Shown here: one piece after another, positions 51,990 to 64,000 of the stretch
Position numbering within the stretch: the stretch's first letter is position 1
Layout: each line of letters opens with the position of its first letter
NCBI RefSeq assembly: GCF_006345805.1
Contig: NC_043008.1
Span: 59,086,001-59,150,000 of the forward strand
Direction of reading: 5' to 3'
DNA length: 64,000 nt
Source of the DNA: Octopus sinensis
Taxonomy: Eukaryota
Position numbers and translations under genes: made by a program
The notes under the pieces: generated by a model
What the model was told of the DNA's origin: nothing
The model's database searches: none
Seen by the model: only the letters and a program-made list of their open reading frames with translations

Positions 51990-53719
51990 CATTCACATAT
52001 ACAGATATGTGTGTGTGTATTCTTACGACATAAGAATTTAGCAACTTCGAGAGAAAGGGAAATAATTCGTTTATAAAGGTTGAACTCGAAGTAAATAACT
52101 CCATAAATAGTAACGTGTAAATATGTAAGTAATGAGTTAAAAAAACACTCTGAATGAAAAAAAAAAAGTCCCTTGTAGGATGTTGTTCGTACTAGGATGT
52201 CTATCATATTTACAGATACCCTCGTCTTCTTTTTGTTCAAAGGAATTTTTAACACCTATATTTACGTGCTATTATTTATAGCTTTCTCTCAGGTGGCGAG
52301 ATGGTAGAAATCGTTAACACTCCGAACAAAGTGCTTAGCGTCATTTTGCTCAATTTTACATTGTAAGTTCAAATTCCACCGATATTAACTTTGCATTTCA
52401 TCCTTTCGAGCTCAACAAAGTAAGTACCAGTTGAGCACTGGGAGTTGATGTAATCGACTTAGCCTCTTCCCTGATCTTGCTGAACACTATCGATAGCTTT
52501 ATCTACTTCGAGTTCTACCGTTAAAAATGACTTACATGTTTGTATGTAAGTATATGTTGCGAGAAAGAAGGTAACAATCGAATTTATTAAATCTTTAATC
52601 ATTGTTATAAATTTACAAAACAATAAATATATTCCCGATTGCGTTTGCGTTTAGTACAACTTTCTAACTGCAGCCATTGCAGGTTATTAAAAAACTCAAA
52701 ATAATACATTAAAATAATGTTTTTTAATCACTGCTTTTAATAACCTCTTTCAGTCATTGATTGCATTATAAACCCACACAATTACATCGACCAAACAATA
52801 TTTTTATATATTTCGTTTCCGAAAAAGACGAAAATCCAATAAAAAAATATTTAAATAACATTTTCTAAAATAGATTACCGAATTTATAATTAACCATTTC
52901 TATACTCGTGCAATTATTATTATTATTATTATTCATTGGATTGGAAATTATTTTATATTGACTCTTAAATATTTATTTTCCCTAACATACCAACTCGTAT
53001 ATTTTTCCAACAGAAAATATGCTTTGCGGCTTTGTTTGATTAACTTCTCAACTACGTGCTTTTTTTGCTTTTAAGCTTTTGCTATTTCTAAATTGTTTAC
53101 CTTCAACCATCTTAACATCACTGATTAAAGGAAATTGCAGAGATTTCATAAACTACAGTCGTTTTTCAAAAACTTAACCACGTCGTATAAAATGATTTTG
53201 ATGGTATTTTGTCTCAGGATTTTGCACGAACGAATCCCATCGATGTTGAATATTCCATTAAACATCCCCAATGTGATAAACTTAATATCAATAAAAGTAT
53301 TGGATTCGATGTAATTTATTTGCTTCCTCTGTAAATTTGAGGCTTTATGACAGACTCACTCGTTCTATACACATATCAATTCTCAGCACTCTGTTGCGTC
53401 TCTTTACGATTCGATGCACTGAGATTGATTATACCATTGTTTTTCATACGCAGAAGTCATTAGAATAAGTACCAGAAATATGCTACAAGTCAGTTCAATC
53501 AACTCTGCTTATCCGTCTGTATATTTTGGTTTTATACCACTGTAAGATGTATACTGAAATGCTTGCTGATACAAGCAATAACATCAGTAGTATTTTCTTG
53601 CTAGATTTCACACACACACATTCACAGACACAGACACACACACACACACACACATAAACACATTCAGATATGTCTGTATGTTTGAATTGTGTGAGTGTAT
53701 GTGTGTGTGTGTGTATCAT

Positions 53720-53900
53720 AGATCGCTAGCCACTACACATTCTTTATTTTCTTTCCTTGTTTCTTTCTGTGTTCCTTTCTGTGGAAGAGCGTAGGTTCGA
53801 AACGTTAAAGACTTTTTCACTTCCCGAGCGTTATACTAATACATCTGTTTGTTGTCTACACCACCTGTCTTCGTCTTTTGGGGTTTTTTGTGAATTCTCC
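53720..53900 (+). mobile_element. PLE pseudo-LTR-like repeat with degenerate hammerhead motif
   Basis: CUUU-CUGUGGA-A-GAGC-guag-GUUC-GAAA-CG-UU-AAAG at 53775-53810; same family as 6865-7010. Confidence 0.55.
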
Positions 53901-53901
53901 G

Positions 53902-53948
<47 letters not shown>

Positions 53949-54001
53949 ATATATATACATATGTACATACATATATACATATATATATATTTATATATAT
54001 G

Positions 54002-54072
<71 letters not shown>

Positions 54073-54074
<2 letters not shown>

Positions 54075-54377
54075 GTGCAATGGCCCAGTGGTTAGGGCAG
54101 TGGACTCACGGTTGTAGGATCGCGGTTTCGATTCCCAGACCGGGCGCTGTGAGTGTTTATTGAGCGAAAACACTCAAAAGCTCCACGAGGCTCCGGCAGG
54201 GGGTGGTGGCGATCCCTGCTGTACTCTTTCGCCACAACTTTCTCTCACCCTTTCTTCTGTTGGCTTGCTCGCTTAGCCAGCGGGGTGGCGTCATTTGAAG
54301 GCTAAAACAATGCGAAACGCATTGTGACCAGCAATGTGGAGCAACATCTGATAGCCTGGTCGGTCACGGTGATCACA

Positions 54378-54380
<3 letters not shown>
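54073..54380 (+). mobile_element. SINE family C, tail type IV
   Basis: Family C head and core; tail matches 56244-56340 on the minus strand. Confidence 0.8.
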
Positions 54381-54469
<89 letters not shown>

Positions 54470-54470
<1 letters not shown>

Positions 54471-54785
54471 GTGGCGACTCCGGCACTCGGACTATTCGGG
54501 CGTAGCTCGAGTGTAAATTTTTTGGAGTAGATTAAGGAGGGCTGTTTCCACTGCATGCATTCTCTCTTTTTCTGTGGCACAAAGTGATGAATCCAACACT
54601 CATCCTGGGTAAGGAAATGTTCAAGGAAACCAGTTAGATGTGCTTGAAACAATGTCAGATTTTCTCGTTCAAATTAGAATCTTCCACCTTGTGGTAGAGT
54701 TCCAGCCGCTTCATGAAATCCCCATCGAGATCCTCTAAAGTGAAGGTAGTGAAGGCACTTTTCACAATCCTTTTCGACTTGTTCT
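54470..54785 (-). pseudogene. Mariner transposase fragment
   Basis: FLTQDECWIHHFVPQKKRECMQWK matches the (T/G)DE(T/C)W..Y/F.PE.K.QS..W motif around the first catalytic Asp. Confidence 0.8.
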
Positions 54786-55961
54786 TCGGCTTTGAGAAGA
54801 GTCAAAAGTCACAAGGAGCAAAATATGAATTATAAAAGGCAATGTTACATTTTCGGGTCATACCTACTCATAAGGGCAAGTTTCCCAGTTTCCATAGCAT
54901 ATATATATTCCCCAACTGGAAGGGGACACTTCTCCGTTGTAGGATTATTCACTTTTGCCAACGTTGTGGACAGGAGCAATGTGAAATTAAGTGTTTTGCG
55001 CAAGAACAGAAAACGGCGCTCGGTCCAGGAATCGAAACCACAATCATAAGATCATGAGTCCAGCCCCCTAACCACTAAGCCACGCGTCTCCGCGTATGGA
55101 CCCTAGGTAGGGTGAGGGAGAGTTCTGATACCCATCTCTGAGATAGAAACGTGAACATGTGTATTGCGCCAGTGTACTATGAACTTTCCAGTAGAAAAGT
55201 TAACAAACAAAGTTTTCGTCATTTCACCATTGTTACACATCCACAACACGCATGTATAATCATAAGATACATACATACATGCATACTAATACACGCGTGC
55301 ACACAGAAACACATACACGTATATGTATGTATTTAGGACCATATGTTGTAGCTAAATTATAAGACTGTTGTACATTAAAGTAAGCAATTATCCCTAATAG
55401 AATTCAAAGGAACAAAGGACATATGTCAAAATTATGTGGTTCCTTACCACGAATTATTTTTCTCTGTCTGAGAGAAATGTGTTTATTCCCACCTGCAAGA
55501 ACTATTTATGTAATATATGTATATAAAGTTCTATTTATCACGTGACAAATCAGACACCAAATTATTTGATTGTTCACCTGAAATGAGAATAAGGTACACG
55601 CATTTTTATATTTTAACTAAAAGCACTCTTTAACGGCAGAGATATGGACAGTCTCTAAATAATGTAAATGCAACCAATTTATGATTAGAGATTTTTCGGT
55701 CATGAGATGGACTACAGCCAGGCACCGCCTTGATGGATTTAGTCGGACAAATCGATCTGAGTACATCTTGTTTTGAGCATGGTTACTTACTCTATCGGAC
55801 ACTTTATACCGAACCACTAGGTTACGGAAAGGTAATGTTGGAATCAATCTACAAACATTATTGTGGACAATATATAAATATATATATATATATATACACG
55901 CACACACACACAAACACACACACATATATATATATATATGTATATATATAAACACACACAC

Positions 55962-56009
<48 letters not shown>

Positions 56010-56150
56010 ATATGGAGATGTACTTGCACAGCAAGTGATTAGATCTGAGATCGTGTGCTGGAACAAAAACAATTGCAGCGTGGAAGGTGTTTGTAAGCCA
56101 TTTAAGAAACACACAAAAGCCGTTCGATTCACTTCAACATTTAAGTTTAA

Positions 56151-56201
56151 TTTGTCAAAATATTTTCGTCGCTATAAGACCGCGACCTGTTCACTGACAA
56201 A
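56151..56201 (-). ncRNA. Type I hammerhead ribozyme variant with G3-C8 core
   Basis: UUUGUCA-GUGAACA-G-GUCGC-ggucuuaua-GCGAC-GAAA-AUAU-UU-UGACAAA; 7-bp stem I, 5-bp stem II, palindromic stem III AAUAUU. Confidence 0.65.
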
Positions 56202-56243
56202 AATCCGTGCTGCATCTCCATGCTGCAATTGTTATATGTATAT

Positions 56244-56515
56244 ATATCACGTGACCGACCAGTCCATCAGATGTAGTTACACATCGCTGGTCACAATGAC
56301 GCCACCCCGCTGGCTAAGTGAGTAGGCCAACAGAAGAAAGAGTGGGAGAAAGAGTGGTGAAAGAGTACAGCAGGGATTACCATCCGCTGCCGGAGCCTCG
56401 TGGAGCTTTTAGGTGTTTTCGCTCAATAAACACTCACAACGCCCGTCTTGGGAATCGAAACCGCGATCCTACGACCGCGAGTCCGCTGCCCTAACCACTG
56501 GGCCATTGTGCCTCC
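56244..56515 (-). mobile_element. SINE family C, tail type IV
   Basis: Reverse complement of the 54073 copy with a small deletion. Confidence 0.8.
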
Positions 56516-57454
56516 ACATATATGTGTATATACATATATATATATATGTATACATGCACATGTGTGCGTGTGTGTGCACGTAAATATGAATCTGTGTATT
56601 TACATTTGTGTATGTCTTTATGTTTGAACCCATTTGCTTTTTAACTGGTTTTGATTCCTTTATGTGTCCGTAAGTTAGTAGTTTCTCAATAGCAACAGAT
56701 TATAATAAGCGACAGATATATACAAATTTAATACAGCCGTCGGAATTTTCGACTGTACCCTTAAAGATGGGGGTCGCAGCATGGTCGTAGTCCAATGAAT
56801 GGAGCAAGCAAAAGATAAGAAATAAAGATAGATACAACATTTATAAAAACGTTTAATTTGCACACGTCCCTCTCGTTAAGATTAATTTTCGAAGCAATTT
56901 AACGCGTAAGATTCAGATATTTACAAGGTTTTTAATAATTAATAATTTCTATTTAGCGGCAAAAGACATGATTTACGGTTTGCATTATAAACAATTACGC
57001 TGCTATTTGTAATATAGGCATAAGAAACGCTTCCAAAATTCTGGCTTATAATGCTTAGAAATGTAAATATAGGAGGTGGGAATTGGGTTGCACGATTGTG
57101 AGAGAAATTCATAGACAGTATTTATCGCTGTATTTCTGCGTGCTTCTTATAACACTAGAAAGGGACTGAAGTAAATCATCATTTGTTATCATTTTAAGTA
57201 ACATTAAGTGCTTACTGTGAATTTGCAGCCATCACAGTACTGATCAATAATTCAAAATAATTTTAAATTTCTGTTGTTTATATGAAGTTGTTACTGATTT
57301 AGAACTAAAGTGGGTAAATGGTCATTAAAATTTCATATGAATATCGTGTACGTAAATAAAGTAACATCACAGCTTGGCTTCGAAGCTAGCATACGATTTC
57401 ACTTCATTTAAAAGACTAAATTTAACTCATCATTGACCACAGCTTGAAATAACT

Positions 57455-57785
57455 GGGGAAGCACTCCGTCGGTTACGACGATGAGGGTTCCGGTTGATCC
57501 GAATCAACGGAACAGCCTGCTCGTGAAATTAACGTGTAAGTGGCTGAGCACTCCACAGACACGTGCACCCTTAACGTAGTTCTCGGGGATATTCAGCGTG
57601 ACACAGAGAGTGACAAGGCCGGCCCCTTGAAATACAGGTACAACAGAAACAGGAAGTAAGAGTGAGAGAAAGTTGTGGTGAAAGAGTACAGCAGGGATCA
57701 CCACCATCCCCTGCCGGAGCTTCGTGGAGCTCTTAGGTGTTTTCGCTCAATAAACACTCACAACGCCCTATCTGGGAATCGAAAA
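57455..57785 (-). mobile_element. 5'-truncated SINE C (tail I) with 12-bp TSD
   Basis: TSD cttgaaataact at 57443-57454 and 57786-57797. Confidence 0.9.
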
Positions 57786-58200
57786 CTTGAAATAACTAAA
57801 TAGCTTGAGACAAAGAAGTGGGTCGGGAAAATTCTGAGTAATCAATCGAATTCCTAGAAATAACAACCTAATTTCTTTTTGATCAGATCCTACCGCCTCG
57901 AAAAGAAGGTCTAATTATTAAAGTTGTACCCTGAAAATAGAGAGTATGGTTCGTACTGGAAAAGCTTTTATCATAGTTTTTCTCGATTAGGTTTTACCAG
58001 GACAGAAATAATAATCTGTCCTAAAACTTAATTTATCGACCCCGAAAAGATAGTAAGCAAAGATGACCTCAGCTGAATTTAATCTCAGTGTAATTTTAGG
58101 ACGTAAAGACGGAAGAAATTATGTTAAGCATTCTGTCTGGTGTGCTAAGGATTGCGCCAGCTCGCCGCATTAAATAATCATTTCTACTATAGGCTCAATG

Positions 58201-58503
58201 TGGAGGTGCAATGGCTCAGTGGCTAGGGCAGTGGACTCGCAGTCGGAGGATCGCGGTTTCGATTCCCAGGGGCGCTGTCTGTGTTTATTGAGCGAAAACA
58301 CCTAAAAACTCCACGAGGCTTAAGCAGGGGGCGGTGGCGACCCCTGTTGTACTTTTTCGCCACAACTTTCTCTCACTCTCTCTTCCTGTTTCTTGAATAA
58401 AGCTGTAATGGACTGGCGTCCTCTCCAGCTAGGGGGAACACATACGCCACAGAAACCGGACCCATGAGCCTGACTAGGCTTGAAAAGGGCGAAAAATAAA
58501 ACA
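58201..58503 (+). mobile_element. SINE C (tail II) with 12-bp TSD
   Basis: TSD ataggctcaatg at 58189-58200 and 58504-58515. Confidence 0.9.
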
Positions 58504-58984
58504 ATAGGCTCAATGCCCGACATTTTGCTCAACTGTTACTTATTTCACCGACCCCCGAAACGATGAAAGGTGAAGTCGATCTCTGCGAAATTTGTACTCA
58601 GACGAAATTCCTGCCAGTAAGCGATTCTGCAAGCTCCCCACATTAAGTGTTGGAATAATAATAATAATAATAATAACAATTAAATACAAGACGAACAATT
58701 GAATGAATATCAATATAATCCTCATATTTCAAAGGAATTTTTGAAATTATATCTGAATTTAAAACGTTCCCATTGGCTATTGAAACCATCAAATCATAAA
58801 TTGTAACAACTCAACAGACAACACGACAGAAAGTCATTAATTTTTATAAGAGGAGGAGTGTTTGATATTTAGTTGGTACCAGAAATTAATAACTGTGTAA
58901 TTAGTTGGCCGATAACGATTTAAAGAAATTTTACCCAAGCGCTATTTGAACTTAGAATATAAAGGAGCGCAACTTCGTAATTGC

Positions 58985-59345
58985 AGTTATGGCTGTGTGG
59001 TTAAGAAGCTCGCTTTGTAACCGCGTGATCTCGGGTTCAGTCCCATTGCGCGCCACCTTGTACAAGTGTTCTGTACTACGACCTGGAGCCAACCGATGTT
59101 TTGTGAGTGAATTTGGTAGACGTTGTGTGTTGTGTGTGTGTGTGTTGTTTGTCTCCCCACTGCTTGACAACCGACGTCGTTTTGTTTACGTCCCAGCAAC
59201 TTAGCGATTCGGAAAAAGAAACGAACAGAATAAGTACCAAATTTTCAAAACTAAGTAAGGTGTTAGATTTGTTCGACTAAACCCCTTCAAGACGGAGCAG
59301 TGCTCCAACATGGCCGGAATCCAGTGGCTTCAAACAAATAAAAGG
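58985..59345 (+). mobile_element. SINE family A, diverged
   Basis: Similarity to the 2342 copy throughout. Confidence 0.7.
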
Positions 59346-59954
59346 AAAAAGATAAAAATACACTTTTTATTGGTTTACCAATACCAACACCCTGACTTCG
59401 AAATAAAAACATTAAAATTCTTACATTAATACAAAGCCAGAAATAGTATAGGAGAAAGAAGTGGGAAGAGATATTGATGTATATCAAAATTGAACTGCAC
59501 GGGATTTGAACCCTGAACCTTAGTATCATTAACTGATTTTTCTGCCGATCTACCAATTCCAATTCCGCTTTCCTGAAACGGTATAAAGCTTTGTTTTCTT
59601 TTCGTCTCTATTAATTTCCAATTTACCAGTCAAATGGTTTGAACGATGCTCGTCCTATTAACGTTCTTCATTTCGATAGAAACATAATATCTAGAGAATG
59701 ATGGTAGTTTTTCTTTTGAGATATACAGAGGTCAGCTGGTGTCTGTCAATGAGCTAGACTGTACGTCTATGGCAAACATTTTGCCAGTATCAAACGACAA
59801 ACAGGATAAACTAACCGTGAAGAGATTGCAATCACAGAATAAAAATAGCATTTTTTGTTTGTTTTTAGTGCCGTACGGTTGAAACATATGCGCTCACCCA
59901 TACACACCACATACACATATACACAAGCAAAGCAACGACGAAGACTCTGTCGAC

Positions 59955-59996
59955 AATAATAATAATAATGATAATGATAATAATGATAAATATAAT

Positions 59997-60046
<50 letters not shown>

Positions 60047-60070
60047 TGATGATGATGATAATAATGATAA

Positions 60071-60153
<83 letters not shown>

Positions 60154-60317
60154 ACTTTTTGTTCTGGCAAAAAGTCAAGAAAGTTTGGGAATGAAGAGGC
60201 GAATGTAAATAGACGAAAGGCATATATCGTACGTCGTTCTATAGATTTTGTCATACCATGAATAAATAAGAAAAAGAAAACTCTGCTATTCAACATAGAA
60301 TGGTGAGAATGATGATA

Positions 60318-60354
<37 letters not shown>

Positions 60355-60510
60355 CGACGACGACGATGACTACGATGACCAGGACGACGACGACAACGAT
60401 GACGATGATGATGATGATGATGATGATGGTGATGATGATGGCGATGATGATGACAACGACGACGACTTCGATGACCAGGACGACGACGACAACGATGACG
60501 ATGATGATGG

Positions 60511-60574
<64 letters not shown>

Positions 60575-60575
60575 G
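59955..60575. repeat. (TAA)n/(TAG)n and (GAT)n/(GAC)n trinucleotide arrays
   Basis: Direct inspection. Confidence 0.95.
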
Positions 60576-60859
60576 ATAGCTTCTCGTTCTAATTTTCACA
60601 GAAAGCCAACAATTGTGAAGGGAGAAAGCAAGTTGATTACACATTGACCCCGGTGCTCAACTGGAATTTATTTTATCGAACATCGAGAGATTGACCGTTA
60701 AAGTTGACCTCGGCGACATTTTTTGCTCAGAAAGTAAATTGATGAAATGCATTAATTTGTCCACTGTTTTATTGATTTTGTCACACAACGAACCAAAAAA
60801 TTATAATCCTTTCTCCTATAGGCACAAAGCCAATTGTTTGCATTGGTCCCAGTATTCAG

Positions 60860-62055
60860 CTGGTACTTTATAGTCTTTGCTTCTCTAGGCACACGGCCCG
60901 AAATTTGGGGAGAGGGAAAGTCGATTAGATCGACCCCAAAACGCAACTGGAGCTTAATTTATCGACCCCGAAAGGATGAAAAGCAAATCGACCTCGGTGG
61001 AATTTGAACTCAGAACGTAAAGACAGACGAAATACCGCTAAGCATTTCACCCAGCGTGCTAAGATTGCTTATTTCTTTACTATCCACAAGGGGCTAAACA
61101 TAGAGGTGACAAACAAGGACAGACAAACGGATTAAGTCGATTATATCGACCCCAGTGCGTAACTGGTACGTATTTAATCCACTCCTAAAGGATGAAAGGC
61201 AAAGTCGACCTCGGCGGAATTTGAACTCAGAACGTAGCGGCAGACGAAATACCGCTAAGCATTTCACCCAGCGTGCTAAGATTGCTTATTTCTTTACTAT
61301 CCACAAGGGGCTAAACATAGAGGTGACAAACAAGGACAGACAAACGGATTAAGTCGATTATATCGACCCCAGTGCGTAACTGGTACGTATTTAATCCACT
61401 CCTAAAGGATGAAAGGCAAAGACGACCTCGGCGGAATTTGAACTCAGAACGTAGCGGCAGACGAAATACCGCTAAGCATTTCACCCAGAGTGCTAACGTT
61501 TCTTATTTCGTTATTGCACACAAGGGGCTAAACATAGAGGAGACAAACAAGGACATACAAAGAGATTAAGTCGATTACATCGATCCCAGTGCGTAAATAG
61601 TACTTAAGTTATCGCCCCCGAAAGGATAAAAGGCAAAGTCGATCTCGGTGGAATTTGAACTCAGGACATAAAGCAGACGAAATACCGCTTTCACCCGGCG
61701 TGCTTACGTTTCTGCCAGCTCGCGGCCTTAACCGGTATTTATATTATCATCCCCGAAAAGGATGAAAGGCAAAATCGACCTTGGCAGAATTTGAACTTAG
61801 AAGGTGCTGATGGACGAAATGCCTATTTCTTTACTACCCACAAGTGGCTAAACACAGAGAGGACAAACAAGGACAGACAAACGGATTAAGTCGATTATAT
61901 CGACCACAGTGCGTAACTGGTAATTATTTAATCGACTCCGAAAGGATGCAAGGTAAAGTCGACCTCGACGGAATTTGAACTCAGAACGTAGCGGCAGACG
62001 AAATGCCGCTAACCATTTTTCCAGCTGTGCTAAAGATTCTAGCAGCTCGCCGCTT
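60860..62055 (-). mobile_element. Head-to-tail array of about six SINE B units
   Basis: ~217-bp near-identical units at 61017-61233 and 61234-61450, plus more diverged units. Confidence 0.85.
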
Positions 62056-62109
62056 TTGAGCAAAAAAAAAAAAAATACACTGAAAACAAGATATTTATAT
62101 AAAAGTTAG

Positions 62110-62487
62110 TGCAATGGCCCAGTGTTTAGGGCAGCGGACTCGCGGTCATAGGATCGCGGTTTCGATTCCCAGACCAGGCGTTGTGAGTGTTTATTGAGCG
62201 AAAACACCCAAAAGCTCCACGAGGGTCCGGCAGGGGATGGTGGTGATCCCTGCTGTACTCTTTCACCACAACTTTCTCTCACTCTTACTTCCTGTTTTTG
62301 TTGTACCTGTATTTCAAAGAGCCGGCCTTGTCACTCTCTGTGTCACGCTGAATATCCCCGAGAACTACGTTAAGGGTGCACGTGTCTGTGGAGTGCTCAG
62401 CCACTTACACGTTAATTTCACGAGCAGGCTGCTCCGTTGATTCGGATCAACCGGAACCCTCGTCGTCGTAACCGACGGAGTGCTTCC
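62110..62487 (+). mobile_element. SINE C (tail I) with 11-bp TSD
   Basis: TSD ataaaagttag at 62099-62109 and 62488-62498. Confidence 0.9.
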
Positions 62488-64000
62488 ATAAAAGTTAGAT
62501 ATCCACTTGCATTGATCAGGCTACTCCACTAACCTGATAACACCTGCCGTGTGCTTCTTTATGGTATTATTCGAGGTTAGAAATTCCAAAATCTTCCATG
62601 ATGAGTTTTTGTATGTTGGCCAAGTGAGGGTCCATGACTTGTGGGTCACTGAAATATAATACTTCTAAAACCTATCGGAGATTTGAACTGTTGATCGGCT
62701 GTTTTTACGCTGTTTAAAATGCTATTGCATTTCCTTCTCTGTACTTTGTTTCTACATTCCTAGTGTACATTGCACAAGCGTTGGGATGTGAATATGATTT
62801 TTTCTGGTTGGATACTAGTTCCATCTTTGATCATTTCAGAGAATCCCGTGTGATCTTAGGAGCATATTGCTTCCACCACATACAACGTTTGGTTTCTCTG
62901 TTAACCTTCCTACACCCCTTGTGTTTCCGTAGTTTGCATGAAATATACCGTACATAATGTCCACCAATTTTTTTCCTACATATCGGGTTTCTTGCTTTTC
63001 GGTGTTCCTACATAGTAATGCTTTAAGTTTTTCCTCAGTTCAGTTATAACATCCAGCTCATCAGCAGCCAGTCTTAAAGTCACCTGCAGTGGCCAAGAAA
63101 TCTGGATTAAATAAAAGTTAACTGAGTACTGAACACATACCCGCACACTGGATTCGTAGTGTAATTGTTGCTAACTTTTATATTGATGATAGGACATATG
63201 CACATGGCCTGTAGGATTTGTCTACTTGTAGCTTCCTTAGCAACGACCAAATTAGAGAGTGAGAGACCCCGTGTAAGGGTCTCTCCAGGTCAACGACGAT
63301 GGTGTCCTGATGAGGATGATGGTGTCCTGCCACAAAACTGAACTGCATCTCATATAGGCTAATTCTGGCCCTTAACTTTTTCCTTTGTTTTCTGGATCTG
63401 GTACAACAATTTTAATTCTCTATAATTACTCCTCACCAAGGTGTGTATATAACACCTGCCGTGTGTTTCTTTATAGTATTATTCTTGAATCTTATAGCAA
63501 TTGGCTATAATTCAAGTCGCGGGTCTGCGCTATAGGCAGATAACGTAAAGGCTATATGTCGATGTACAACAGCGCTCCACAAAAGTAAAACTAAAGTACT
63601 GATGGGCTGAAATAACAGCAAAATACCTCTGTCTACCGTATTCATTTATCTAAACGGTGATTTGTTTAGTCTGGTTTGGTGGTATACAGTATTTTTTTAA
63701 CACGCTATGTCTTAAAGGGACTTTCTCTGAACGAACTACCGCAGCATGTAATCATTTAAACAAAACACATACGTTAAGTATATCTCATCATTAATATTTA
63801 CAGTATTAGAACTGCTTCTAACTCAAAGCCTAAACTAATATTTAGCCTCTTCTTAACGAAGCTTAGCACACTGTGATATTAATTCATGTAGATTTATTCT
63901 CTTAGATATACTGTCAAAACATATATATCACGCATATTTTTCGCCGTTTCCTTTATTCTGAAGGATATTGTTTATTTTACGCAAGCCACATTACACGATG

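Noticed and set aside
5400-56325. Dozens of [12 protein letters not shown] ORFs in the track
   Set aside because: Stop-free frames of (AT)n, (GT)n and (AC)n repeats
59865-60647. 259-aa poly-His/Thr/Ile ORF and overlapping poly-Met ORF
   Set aside because: Translations of (GAT)n and (TAA)n microsatellites; no coding complexity
3135-62440. Recurrent short ORFs such as MVVIPAVLFHH.. and MRNWY..RPRKDERQS..
   Set aside because: Chance frames within SINE C and SINE B copies
63300-63345. CUGAUGA-GGA..UCC
   Set aside because: No GAAA after the stem

Overview
AT-rich, microsatellite-laden eukaryotic DNA, probably intergenic or intronic. The tRNA-headed SINE families and overall composition suggest an octopus/cephalopod genome (inference). 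No recognisable host gene is present; one candidate first coding exon lies at 37.3-37.9 kb. The window is dominated by mobile elements: at least four SINE families (about 40 copies), a near-intact RTE-type LINE with one frameshift, and remnants of L1/Tx1, R4/Dong, Penelope-like (GIY-YIG), mariner, MULE and Helitron/Helentron elements plus a TIR MITE. The most notable signal is RNA-level. Eight minimal type I hammerhead-ribozyme motifs from six unrelated Penelope-type pseudo-LTR sequence contexts are present, all with self-complementary stem III, which implies dimer cleavage. They include two natural compensatory core variants (U3-A8 and G3-C8), a tandem pair, and a pair embedded in a 302-bp inverted repeat. 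Several decayed copies are also present. All folds were derived by eye and no activity is demonstrated.
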